Positions 29,334 through 38,236 of a stretch of 64,000 nt of DNA are shown piece by piece. This DNA comes from Syntrophorhabdaceae bacterium (GTDB lineage: Bacteria; Desulfobacterota; Syntrophorhabdia; Syntrophorhabdales; Syntrophorhabdaceae): assembly GCA_963666485.2 (NCBI GenBank), contig CAXXUO010000010.1, positions 67,155 to 131,154 of the forward strand, read 5' to 3'. Every line of letters starts with the position of its first letter. Position 1 is the stretch's first letter. Under the pieces are notes generated by a model. The model saw only the letters and a list, made by a program, of their open reading frames with translations. It did no database searches and was not told the DNA's origin. Both the position numbers and the translations under genes were made by a program.

Positions 29334-29465
29334 ATGAAAGTTGAAAGACTTAAAGAGGTAGTCAGGGCACTCATGAGCAGCCAGTTCTATTTCGATCTCA
29401 GCATCCGGGAACGATATAACCTGGTCCTCCATGTCCTCAATGTCATGGACGCCCGCACCCGGTAA
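29334..29465 (+). CDS. small protein (43 aa) MKVERLKEVVRALMSSQFYFDLSIRERYNLV...
   Basis: AGGAG RBS; upstream TTAT-N15-GCCGACAA sigma28-like site; below the ORF-track cutoff. Confidence 0.6.
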   Translation: MKVERLKEVVRALMSSQFYFDLSIRERYNLVLHVLNVMDARTR

Positions 29466-29552
29466 CGGGATGTCGTGAATCAAGTACCCGATCATGCAAT
29501 GACCCCATCCGGCCTTTGACCCGACCACCCATCACCTGTCACCTTTCATTTC

Positions 29553-29582
29553 TTGACAATCGCGGCCGAAAAACGTTATTTT
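29553..29582 (+). promoter_or_regulatory. sigma70-type promoter
   Basis: TTGACA with TATTTT ~18 bp downstream. Confidence 0.5.
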
Positions 29583-29594
29583 CAAAATGACTAA

Positions 29595-30107
29595 ATGGAC
29601 CGGACCCTCCTGCTTAACACGACCTTCGAACCGATCAGCGTTCTATCGTGGAAGAAAGCAATTACACTGATTTATCTCGGGAAGGTTGAAGTGCTTAAAG
29701 AGTACGACCGTGAGATCCGGGGGGTGTCGATCTCGATACGTCTGCCCGCGGTCATACGACTGCTCAACCTCGTCAGAAGCAATCACGCGAAAGTCAAGTT
29801 CTCCCGCCGCAATGTATTTCTCCGCGACGACCACACCTGCCAGTATTGCGGTGAAAAATTAGAGGCCAAATTCCTGACGTGCGATCACCTCATCCCGCGC
29901 TCCCGCGGGGGAGTGACCGAATGGACCAATATCGTGACGTCCTGCATTACCTGCAACCTGAAGAAAGGCGACAAGCTTCCCGACGAGGTGAAGATGCATC
30001 CGAGAAAACGGCCATCCCGCCCCAACGGGTTTTATCTTTTTATGCTCAATGTCGGTGTAAAAGCGCCGCCCGAGAACTGGCGGGACTACATGTTCATGAG
30101 GAATTGA
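29595..30107 (+). CDS. HNH endonuclease
   Basis: LLLN...EP, SRRNVFLRD, CQYCG, DHLIPRSRGG, WTN, CITCN. Confidence 0.92.
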   Translation: MDRTLLLNTTFEPISVLSWKKAITLIYLGKVEVLKEYDREIRGVSISIRLPAVIRLLNLVRSNHAKVKFSRRNVFLRDDHTCQYCGEKLEAKFLTCDHLIPRSRGGVTEWTNIVTSCITCNLKKGDKLPDEVKMHPRKRPSRPNGFYLFMLNVGVKAPPENWRDYMFMRN

Positions 30108-30108
30108 T

Positions 30109-30600
30109 ATGGATAGAGTCTGGGCACCCTGGAGAATGGAGTACATCACCTCGACCAAGAAACCGGGTGACAATAAATGTTTTCTCTGTTTGGACGGCAG
30201 CACCGACGATGAATCGCTCGTCCTGGGAAGACACGGCAAGGCCTTTGTCATAATGAACCGGTTTCCGTACACGAACGGCCACATCATGGTCGTGCCCGTC
30301 CGGCATACAGGCCTCATGGAAGACCTGACCGAGGATGAATTGCTCGACATGATGCGCCTCGTGAAGATCATGGTGGCCGTCTACAAGGAAGAGTTCAGCG
30401 TCGAGGGCGTCAATGTCGGGATAAACCTCGGGCGTGCGGCCGGGGCGGGCCTCGAGGAGCACCTGCACATCCACATGGTGCCGCGCTGGTTCGGGGACAC
30501 CAACTTTATGGCCGTAACAGGCGAGACCCGGGTGATTTCCGAACACCTCATGACGTCGTACGAGAGACTGAAGAGAAAATTGCGTGAAAAGGTTCTTTGA
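30109..30600 (+). CDS. HIT-family hydrolase (Ap4A hydrolase-like)
   Basis: WAPWR, CFLC, NRFPY, HLHIH. Confidence 0.92.
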   Translation: MDRVWAPWRMEYITSTKKPGDNKCFLCLDGSTDDESLVLGRHGKAFVIMNRFPYTNGHIMVVPVRHTGLMEDLTEDELLDMMRLVKIMVAVYKEEFSVEGVNVGINLGRAAGAGLEEHLHIHMVPRWFGDTNFMAVTGETRVISEHLMTSYERLKRKLREKVL

Positions 30601-31336
30601 CCCTTCACGGGCAATTCTCGAACCCCGGTCCCTTGTCAGAACATTCACCCGCAAACAGGACACCGACCTTTCCCTGCCCGAACGGGTGATAGTCACGTTC
30701 AGCGGCGGCGATCTCAAGCGGCTCATCGAAGGGTCAGGCGCAGCATCGGTCATCACGGCATGGCAGCCGTTCCGCACGATATATCACCTCTCACCGTCCA
30801 CCGCGGCCGTGAACTCCTTTTACGGCGGCCCCAATATCGCTGCGCTCGTCGAAGAGCTCTCGTCTTTCGGGGCGAGGGAATTTATTCTCTGGGGATACTG
30901 CGGGGGGATATCCGGGCCGTGTCGAATAGGAGATCTGTACCTTGCCCGCAGGGCGTTGAGGGAGGACGGCATATCGTATCATTACCTTGGGGACGACGAT
31001 GAGTTCGTGTCATCCGAATGGGCGAACGGGTGGGCCGATATCGCTCAGGCGGCCGGTTTTCAATGTGTCGATGTCTGGAGCACGGACGCAATTTACAGAG
31101 AGACCGGCCGGAAGATCGCCTATTACTCCGGTCGCGGCATAGCCGCCGTTGAGATGGAAGTCGCATCACTCTACGCCGTGTGCCGCACAAAGGGCCTCAC
31201 GGCCGCTGCCTTCCTCATCGTATCCGACCTCATGAACGCCGATGAATGGCAGCCAGGTTTCCACACCCACCCCTTCAAGGAAGCTGTTAAGGCCATGGCG
31301 CAGTTCATGACCGACCACGCGATCCAAAAAACCTGA
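30584..31336 (+). CDS. nucleoside phosphorylase (PNP/UDP family)
   Basis: GYCGG, REDG, WSTDAIYRET, VEME, IVSD. Confidence 0.88.
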   Translation: MKRFFDPSRAILEPRSLVRTFTRKQDTDLSLPERVIVTFSGGDLKRLIEGSGAASVITAWQPFRTIYHLSPSTAAVNSFYGGPNIAALVEELSSFGAREFILWGYCGGISGPCRIGDLYLARRALREDGISYHYLGDDDEFVSSEWANGWADIAQAAGFQCVDVWSTDAIYRETGRKIAYYSGRGIAAVEMEVASLYAVCRTKGLTAAAFLIVSDLMNADEWQPGFHTHPFKEAVKAMAQFMTDHAIQKT

Positions 31337-31367
31337 ATTTTTTTCCTCCCGGGAGGAAAAAAATTCC

Positions 31368-31538
31368 GTTCCAAGTTCCAAGTTCCAGGTTCCACGCAAA
31401 AGACAGCATCCCGGTATCCATTCCTCATCAGAATTCACCGAACTTCAATTTACTCGACCCCATTTTTCTACAAGCTCTATAGTTCCCATTAGTTATGCGC
31501 CATCTTTTAGCGTGGAACGTGGAACGTGGAACGTGGAA
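31368..31538. repeat. inverted heptamer-repeat element (GTTCCAC family)
   Basis: GTTCCAA/GTTCCAG/GTTCCAC run at 31368-31396 and (CGTGGAA)4 at 31511-31538. Confidence 0.85.
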
Positions 31539-31558
31539 TTGTGCAAAGCCCGTGCGAT

Positions 31559-31574
31559 TGGCACGGGCTTTGCA
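31559..31574 (+). promoter_or_regulatory. sigma54 promoter of the flg operon, inside a 19-bp perfect inverted repeat
   Basis: TGGCACGGGCTTTGCA. Confidence 0.8.
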
Positions 31575-31586
31575 CAATTGTGCCGC

Positions 31587-32315
31587 ATGAGCTACTACGT
31601 TACAGTCGCCGGAAAATATGTGAATGAAAAAAGGCTGGACATGATCGCCAACAACCTGGCGAATTCGCTAACGGCGGGCTTTAAGACGGCACGGCCCGTG
31701 TTCGGCATGGTCTCGACGGCAGGCACCGACTCAGGCAGCCAGACGATCTTGAAGAATTCATATGTCAGTCTTTCTGACAGCTATATCGATTTTTCTGACG
31801 CTCCCATGATAGAGAGCGGGGCCCCCCTCGACGTCTCCATACAGGGGAACGGGTTCTTCAATATTATGACCCCGGATGGCGTCCAATACACCCGCAACGG
31901 GCAGTTCCGGCTCGATAAGAACGGGCGCATTGTCACGATGAACGGTGACCCTGTTCTGGGAAAGGGCGGAGAGATGACCGTCAATGTGACACGGGGAGAG
32001 GCGATCAGCATCGAGAGCGATGGATCGGTCTACGTCGGCAAAATGCTTGTCGATGTCATCAAGGTAACGGAATTCAAGAATATGAAAGACTTAAAGCCTG
32101 TGAGCAAGAGCAATTTTGTGAACATGGGCAATGACCCCGGGCTGGAGCCCAAGGTGTTTTCGGTGCGGCAGGGTTCATACGAGGCGTCGAACGTCAATGT
32201 CGTTCTGGAGATGGTGGAGCTCATTCATACAATGAGGGCATTTGAGTGCTACACGAAGATCGACCAGATGTTTGCCGACATAAACGACAAGCTGACGGGC
32301 CTCGCGAAATTCTAG
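31587..32315 (+). CDS. flgF: flagellar basal-body rod protein FlgF
   Basis: ANNLAN..TAGFK, YTRNGQF, EASNVNVVLEM; precedes flgG. Confidence 0.88.
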   Translation: MSYYVTVAGKYVNEKRLDMIANNLANSLTAGFKTARPVFGMVSTAGTDSGSQTILKNSYVSLSDSYIDFSDAPMIESGAPLDVSIQGNGFFNIMTPDGVQYTRNGQFRLDKNGRIVTMNGDPVLGKGGEMTVNVTRGEAISIESDGSVYVGKMLVDVIKVTEFKNMKDLKPVSKSNFVNMGNDPGLEPKVFSVRQGSYEASNVNVVLEMVELIHTMRAFECYTKIDQMFADINDKLTGLAKF

Positions 32316-32325
32316 GAGGAAAGCC

Positions 32326-33114
32326 ATGATAAGGGCGCTTTGGACAGCAGGGACCGGAATGAACGTTCAGCAGACGAACCTGGACGTCATCGCCAACAAC
32401 ATAGCCAACGTGAATACGAACGGTTTCAAGAAAAGCCGGGCGGACTTCCAGGACCTCATGTACCAGACGTTGAGGCTCCAGGGCGCACGGAATGAGGGCG
32501 GCGGGATGGTCCCGACCGGCATCCAGATCGGCCTCGGCGCGATGCTGTCTTCGGTGCAGAAGGTCTTTCAGCAGGGCGATTACCAGCGCACGGACAACGA
32601 GCTGGATGTCGCCATCGAAGGGAACGGCTTTTTCCAGGTCACCCTGGCTTCCGGGGAAAAGGCATATACCCGGGCGGGTGCGCTGAAGACGGACGCTACG
32701 GGCAAACTCGTGACTCCTGACGGCTACCCCCTCGAGCCCAACCTTATCATACCGGCCAAGACAACGAGCATATCGATCGAGCACGACGGGACGCTCACCG
32801 TGCAGATACAGGGGCAGACGGCCCCGCAGCAGGTGGGCACTATCGAGCTCGCCAACTTTATCAATCCCACCGGTCTTCGGGCCATCGGGAAGAACCTGTT
32901 CCAGGAAACGGATGCCAGCGGCGCCCCGACGACGGGAAAGCCGGGCCAGAACGGTATGGGCACGGTCATCCAGGGATTCCTCGAAATGTCCAACGTGAAC
33001 GTCATGCAGGAAATGATCAACATGATCATCGGGCAGCGCGCTTACGAGGTCAACACGAAGGCGGTGCAGGCTGCCGACGAGATGCTTCAGCTGACCAATA
33101 ACCTGAGGAGATAA
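32326..33114 (+). CDS. flgG: flagellar rod protein FlgG
   Basis: MIRALWTA, FQDLMYQ, QIGLG, LEMSNV, QRAYE. Confidence 0.96.
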   Translation: MIRALWTAGTGMNVQQTNLDVIANNIANVNTNGFKKSRADFQDLMYQTLRLQGARNEGGGMVPTGIQIGLGAMLSSVQKVFQQGDYQRTDNELDVAIEGNGFFQVTLASGEKAYTRAGALKTDATGKLVTPDGYPLEPNLIIPAKTTSISIEHDGTLTVQIQGQTAPQQVGTIELANFINPTGLRAIGKNLFQETDASGAPTTGKPGQNGMGTVIQGFLEMSNVNVMQEMINMIIGQRAYEVNTKAVQAADEMLQLTNNLRR

Positions 33115-33116
33115 CC

Positions 33117-33833
33117 ATGGCTGCCCGGAAACATTCCATCGTTCTTCTGGCGGTAACCGTGATCATGCTTTTCGCGGGATACCCGGGGGCCGTCGACGCG
33201 GCACCCGTTGTAACGGAATCCGGTTTAGAGTCACGGATAATCAAATTCATAAAAGAGCTGTACCCTGACGGCAATTCCATCCGGGTCAAGATCAATGCGG
33301 TACCCGCTGAGTTCAAGGAGAGTGCGAAGATCGTGAACGTGAGCTTCCTGAAGGTGCCGGACGCCAACGGGGACGGCATATGTTCCGTCGATGCAAGGAA
33401 CCCGGGCGGTCGGACACTGACCGCCCACGTACCGTTCAAGGTCTATTCGAAGCGGGAACTGTTCGTTCTGAAACAGGCAGGGCAGAAGGGCGACCTGATA
33501 AGGGAAAGGGATATCATCATCCGTGAGACATTTATGAACGGCAGGATGGCCGGATACCCGGCCAGTGCTGACGATGTCGTCGGCAAGGCGCTCAAGCGCG
33601 ACGTGCCGGCGAACACGGTCATTACCGACCAGGTCCTCGAGAACCAGGTCGTCATGAAACGAGGCGACATTGTCACGATCATCGCCGAATCGAACGCCCT
33701 CATCGTCCGCGCAAAAGGCAGGACTGTCGATCAGGGAAGGATGGGCGACAAGATACGTGTGAAGAATATCGCATCAGGCAAAGAAGTGATAGCGAAAGTT
33801 GTCAGCAGCGATGTTGTCAGAGTCGATTTCTAG
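33117..33833 (+). CDS. flgA: P-ring chaperone FlgA
   Basis: signal peptide, SAF-like domain, KRGDIV...GRMGDKIRVKN. Confidence 0.88.
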   Translation: MAARKHSIVLLAVTVIMLFAGYPGAVDAAPVVTESGLESRIIKFIKELYPDGNSIRVKINAVPAEFKESAKIVNVSFLKVPDANGDGICSVDARNPGGRTLTAHVPFKVYSKRELFVLKQAGQKGDLIRERDIIIRETFMNGRMAGYPASADDVVGKALKRDVPANTVITDQVLENQVVMKRGDIVTIIAESNALIVRAKGRTVDQGRMGDKIRVKNIASGKEVIAKVVSSDVVRVDF

Positions 33834-33845
33834 GAGCGTAAGGTC

Positions 33846-34550
33846 ATGAGAAAGATTGCCGGCCTTGTTATTATCCTGATCTTTGCGGTGGTTTTTTTCA
33901 CCGGGTGCCAGAATGTCCACCAGTCGAAGATCAAGGATGAGCCTTTTGTCCTCGACAATACGTATAAGGGCATAAAGGCCGCACCGGAGCCCTCGAAGGG
34001 GACGATATACCGGGGTGTCAATTCGTCGAGCAGCGTCTTGAGCGACCACAGGGCCAGGGCCATCGGCGATATCATCACCATTGTCATCAATGAGAAAGGG
34101 GACGCAAGTGAAAAGGCAGGCTTAACGAATAAACGGAAGTCCAACACGCTTGCGGGCATCCCGAACTTTTTCGGGCTTGAAAACAATTTTTACCCGGCGA
34201 GCATAAACCCTGACAAGTTTATAAACGCCGGCACGGACAATAATTTTGAAGGTTCAGGGGAGACGACTCGCACGAGCATTCTGACGGCAACGATAACGGC
34301 GCGCGTCGTCGACGTGCTGCCGAACGGGAACCTGGCCATCGAGGGCAAAAGAGAGGTCGTGATCAACGACGAAAAAAGGGAGATCCTGGTCCAGGGCATC
34401 GTGAGGCCGAGGGACCTCGATTACAATAACTCGGTCCCGTCCAGCATGATAGCTGATGCCAAGATCATTTATACGGGTGTCGGCATGGTCAGTGAAAAGA
34501 CAAAGCCGGGATGGATGGCGCGGATGGTCGACGCGATATGGCCGTTCTGA
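33846..34550 (+). CDS. flgH: L-ring protein FlgH
   Basis: FTGC lipobox, RARAIGDIITI, VLPNGNL, IVRPRD, PGW...WPF. Confidence 0.95.
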   Translation: MRKIAGLVIILIFAVVFFTGCQNVHQSKIKDEPFVLDNTYKGIKAAPEPSKGTIYRGVNSSSSVLSDHRARAIGDIITIVINEKGDASEKAGLTNKRKSNTLAGIPNFFGLENNFYPASINPDKFINAGTDNNFEGSGETTRTSILTATITARVVDVLPNGNLAIEGKREVVINDEKREILVQGIVRPRDLDYNNSVPSSMIADAKIIYTGVGMVSEKTKPGWMARMVDAIWPF

Positions 34551-34562
34551 CGGAGGAAGGGT

Positions 34563-35690
34563 ATGAGCTATAGAAAACGCATACATCTGACGAAAATGGC
34601 CGTCTGCATGGGATTTCTCGTCGCAGCGTTCCTTCTTCTCATCGTTGGCATGGCGGACGCGGTCCGCATCAAGGAAATGGGCTATATCAACGGGGCCCGC
34701 TCCAACCAGCTGATCGGGTACGGCATTGTCACCGGCCTTTCCGGAACGGGAGACAAATCGACGACGATATTCACGAACCAGTCCCTGTCGAACATGCTTG
34801 AAACAATGGGGATACGGGTCGACCCCAAATCGACGAAGGTCAACAATGTCGCCGCGGTCATCGTGACCTGCAACCTTCCGCCCTTTGCGCGTGTCGGTAG
34901 CAGGGTCGATGTCACCGTTTCTTCCATTGGCGACGCGAAAAGCATAGAAGGCGGCGTTCTGGTTTCAACCCCGCTGAAAGGGGCAGACGGGAACGTTTAC
35001 GCCATGGCACAGGGCCCGATGGTTGTCGGGGGTTTCCTCGCCAGCGGGCAGGGGGCCACCATACAGAAGAACCACCCGACCGTGGGAAGGATCGCCAACG
35101 GGGCAACGATAGAGCGCGAGGTGCTCTCCGAGGACTATCTCGGCACCGATATAACGATCGCCCTGAAAATGCCGGATTTTACGAACGCCAGGCGCGTGGC
35201 GGAACGCATCAATGAAACGTTCGGCAACGGCGCGCACGCGAGGGACGCCGGAACAATAACCGTCAAGATCCCGGCCGACATGAGGACGAACCCTGTCCGG
35301 TTCGTATCGATGGTGGAGAACCTCGATGTGAAGACCGATATGCTGGCCAAGATCGTTGTTGACGAAAAGACCGGTACGGTCATCATCGGCGAGAATGTCC
35401 GGGTCTCCACCGTTTTGATATCGCACGGCAACCTGAGCGTCCAGATCAAGGAAGATGCGCGGGTAAGCCAGCCGATGCCTTTTGCGCGGGGAGAGACCGT
35501 CGTCACCCCGGACACGCAGATCAAGGTGCGGGAAGACAAGGGGAAATATTACCTCCTGGAGGCGGGGGTCACGATACGCGACCTCCTCAATGCGCTCAAT
35601 GCAACAGGGATATCGCCCCGGGACGTCATAATCATACTGCAGACGATAAAGGCATCCGGCGCGCTTCATGCGGAACTCGAAGTGATATAG
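34563..35690 (+). CDS. flgI: P-ring protein FlgI
   Basis: RIKE, NQLIGYG, DVTVSSIGDAKS, GALHAEL. Confidence 0.96.
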   Translation: MSYRKRIHLTKMAVCMGFLVAAFLLLIVGMADAVRIKEMGYINGARSNQLIGYGIVTGLSGTGDKSTTIFTNQSLSNMLETMGIRVDPKSTKVNNVAAVIVTCNLPPFARVGSRVDVTVSSIGDAKSIEGGVLVSTPLKGADGNVYAMAQGPMVVGGFLASGQGATIQKNHPTVGRIANGATIEREVLSEDYLGTDITIALKMPDFTNARRVAERINETFGNGAHARDAGTITVKIPADMRTNPVRFVSMVENLDVKTDMLAKIVVDEKTGTVIIGENVRVSTVLISHGNLSVQIKEDARVSQPMPFARGETVVTPDTQIKVREDKGKYYLLEAGVTIRDLLNALNATGISPRDVIIILQTIKASGALHAELEVI

Positions 35691-35703
35691 GAGGGTTAAG
35701 AAA

Positions 35704-36057
35704 ATGTCCGAAAGCATTGGTGTAAGGTCTGTCATGGCCGGCTTTAGCCCCTCGGCGGCAGTAGGCGGCGCGCAGTACGAAAACGCCGCGTCGGCATCGC
35801 AGGGGGGTGACAGGGAAAAGGTCTGCCAGGATTTCGAGAGCTTCATGCTGTACAGCATGCTCAAATACATGGAAAAAACGACGAAAATGTCGAAAAAAGG
35901 ATACGAGGAAGAAACGTACATGGCGATGGTATATCAGAAAGTAGCCGATTTCCTTGCTGAAAAAGGCATAGGGATCAAAGAGATACTTATGAAATATACC
36001 GATAAAGAAAATATTAAAGTTAATCCTTCTATCGCCGATAACACAGGTAAGCGATAG
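35704..36057 (+). CDS. flgJ: short rod-binding FlgJ-like protein (no muramidase)
   Basis: CQDFES.M..MLK.M; GIGIKEIL; position between flgI and flgM. Confidence 0.7.
   Translation: MSESIGVRSVMAGFSPSAAVGGAQYENAASASQGGDREKVCQDFESFMLYSMLKYMEKTTKMSKKGYEEETYMAMVYQKVADFLAEKGIGIKEILMKYTDKENIKVNPSIADNTGKR
36015..36041 (+). promoter_or_regulatory. sigma28 promoter for flgM
   Basis: TAAA-N15-GCCGATAA, exact consensus. Confidence 0.85.
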
Positions 36058-36069
36058 AGGAGGTGGACT

Positions 36070-36381
36070 ATGAAGATCCAGAATGGCAACAAAACCGATC
36101 TGCTTGACAGTCTTTTAAAGACCCAGCAGGCCAAGGCACAGAAAGATCCTGCGGCGGACCCGAACAAGGGCCAGGTCATAGGATACGCTGACAAGGTGGA
36201 GATCTCTTCAAGGAGCCAGGAGATCGAAAACCTGGCTGCACAGGCGAAGGCCCAGCCGTCCGTCCGTGAAGAAAAGGTCGAGACCCTGAAGCAGGCCATC
36301 GAGCAGGGGACCTACAATGCGAAGGGCGAGATAGTGGCAGCCAGCATACTCAAAAACACGATCCTTGACGAGATACTGTGA
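36070..36381 (+). CDS. flgM: anti-sigma28 factor FlgM
   Basis: DKVEIS, REEKVETLKQAIEQGTY, IVAASIL. Confidence 0.92.
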   Translation: MKIQNGNKTDLLDSLLKTQQAKAQKDPAADPNKGQVIGYADKVEISSRSQEIENLAAQAKAQPSVREEKVETLKQAIEQGTYNAKGEIVAASILKNTILDEIL

Positions 36382-36818
36382 TGATGACGACCGACATTAT
36401 AATCGAGATGACGAAGAAAGAGGAAAAAACCCTGAAAGAGTTCCTTTCGGCCCTCCGCATGGAGCGGGACGCCATCATATCCTTTTCCCTTGACGGTATC
36501 ATCGCGGGAAACAACAGGAAGGAAGAGATCTTGAGAAAGCTTGATTATCTCAAGGCCGAAAAGGAAAAGCTCATCGGCGACGCCCCGGACAAGGACGCCC
36601 TTGCCGCAGATACGACGATGCAGTCGCTCAACAGGGAAGTGGCCGTCACCATAGGCGAGATCAAGACGGCCATGAACAAGAACATGAAGCTCCTGTCCTT
36701 TTCCATCGATCATGTCAGGTCCTCGATAGAGAACATTATCGGGAATATCGGCACAACAGTGGGTTACGGGAAAAAGAGAGAGGACCTCTCCTCCCTGCTC
36801 CTCTCGAAGGTTGTATGA
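36381..36818 (+). CDS. flgN: export chaperone FlgN
   Basis: helical ~145 aa between flgM and flgK; N..LL motif. Confidence 0.8.
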   Translation: MMTTDIIIEMTKKEEKTLKEFLSALRMERDAIISFSLDGIIAGNNRKEEILRKLDYLKAEKEKLIGDAPDKDALAADTTMQSLNREVAVTIGEIKTAMNKNMKLLSFSIDHVRSSIENIIGNIGTTVGYGKKREDLSSLLLSKVV

Positions 36819-36837
36819 TGTCTTAAGAAGGTAACCT

Positions 36838-38236
36838 ATGGGTATCACGTCTATCCTCAATATCGCTAGAAACGCCCTCTTTGCGCAGCAGTCAGCCCTC
36901 CAGGTATTGTCGAACAATATCGCCAATGTCAACACGCCGGGATACGCCCGGCAGGATGCGGTCCTCAATGAAGCCGACTCCGTCATGACGGACGGGGGGC
37001 TTTTGGGAAGTGGCGTAAGGGTCGAACAGATCATCAGCAATTATGACAAGTATCTCGAATTTTCCATGGCGAGAGAGTACACGTCCATGGAAGAACAGAT
37101 GACCTACGAAAAGTTCTTCACGAGGATCGAGAGCGTTCTCGACGAGAGCAATTCACAGCTTACATCGAATATTACCGCTTTTTTCAATTCATGGCAGACC
37201 CTTTCGGCGGACCCCTTGAGTTCCGTTGCCCGGGCGGATGTGGCAATGAACGGGACGAACGTGGCGCAGGGGGATCCGGAACATCTATACGCAACTGAAG
37301 GGCCTCGAGGCGGAGGCCGACAACAATGTGGTGAGCGAGGTCAGGGAGATAAACAATATTCTCGCCTCGATCGCCGAATTCAATAAGAAGACCTACGCGT
37401 CGGCCGTCAACGGAGCGGAGGGGTCGAGCTTCAAGACCCAGAGCCTCGCCGCACTCCAGGAACTGTCGGGCAAGATGAATATACAGTATTTTGAAGATGT
37501 GAACGGCGGGTTCACCGTAATGAGCGGGGACGGAAAGCTCCTGGTCGAGAAAGGCATTGTGTACGAACTTTCCGCGCAGAAAGATCCCACAGATAATTTC
37601 TATCATGTCTACTGGCAGGGCAATTCGGTCAATTCCGTGGACATCAGCGGTTCGATCACGGGCGGCAGCCTGAAAAGTTTGATCGACCTCAGGGACAACC
37701 AGATAGGCGGTTTCATCGATGATATCAATGACCTTGCGGAGTCCCTCATGACGGAGGTCAACGCGATCCACAGCGCCGGTTACAATGCGGCAGGGACCAC
37801 GGGAGTTGATTTCTTCAAGGACATGACCGGGGACTATGCGGCGAACCTCGCCTTGAGTGATGAGATAAACGTCGATATCGGCTACATTGCGGCATCGTCC
37901 TCGGCGTCAATGAGGTCCAACAACGATGTGGCGCTGGCACTTGCCGGTCTTGGCACCACCGATGTGACGATCGGCGGCAGGACGACCACGTATGTCTCCT
38001 ATTCCGCCTCTATTGCAAGCACGATAGGCAACCTGTCCCAGAACGCTCAAACCCTTTCCGAATACCATCAGAACCTCATGGAGATAGTCAAGAACCAGAG
38101 GGAAAGCGTGTCCGGCGTGTCGCTCGACGAGGAAATGTCGAACCTTATTAAATATCAGTATGCATATCAGGCGGCCGCGCGCCTCATCAACACGGCGGAC
38201 ACCCTGATGCAGGCACTGACGGAGCTGGCCCGATGA
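36838..38236 (+). CDS. flgK: hook-associated protein FlgK, one apparent +1 frameshift in G-run 37269-37273
   Basis: NNIANVNTPGYARQ N-terminus and SGVSLDEEM...YQAAA C-terminus in different frames; removing one G joins them. Confidence 0.9.

Noticed and set aside
29595..31336. HNH-HIT-nucleoside phosphorylase as an anti-phage system
   Set aside because: Each resembles a common housekeeping family, with host-like composition and no defence-island context
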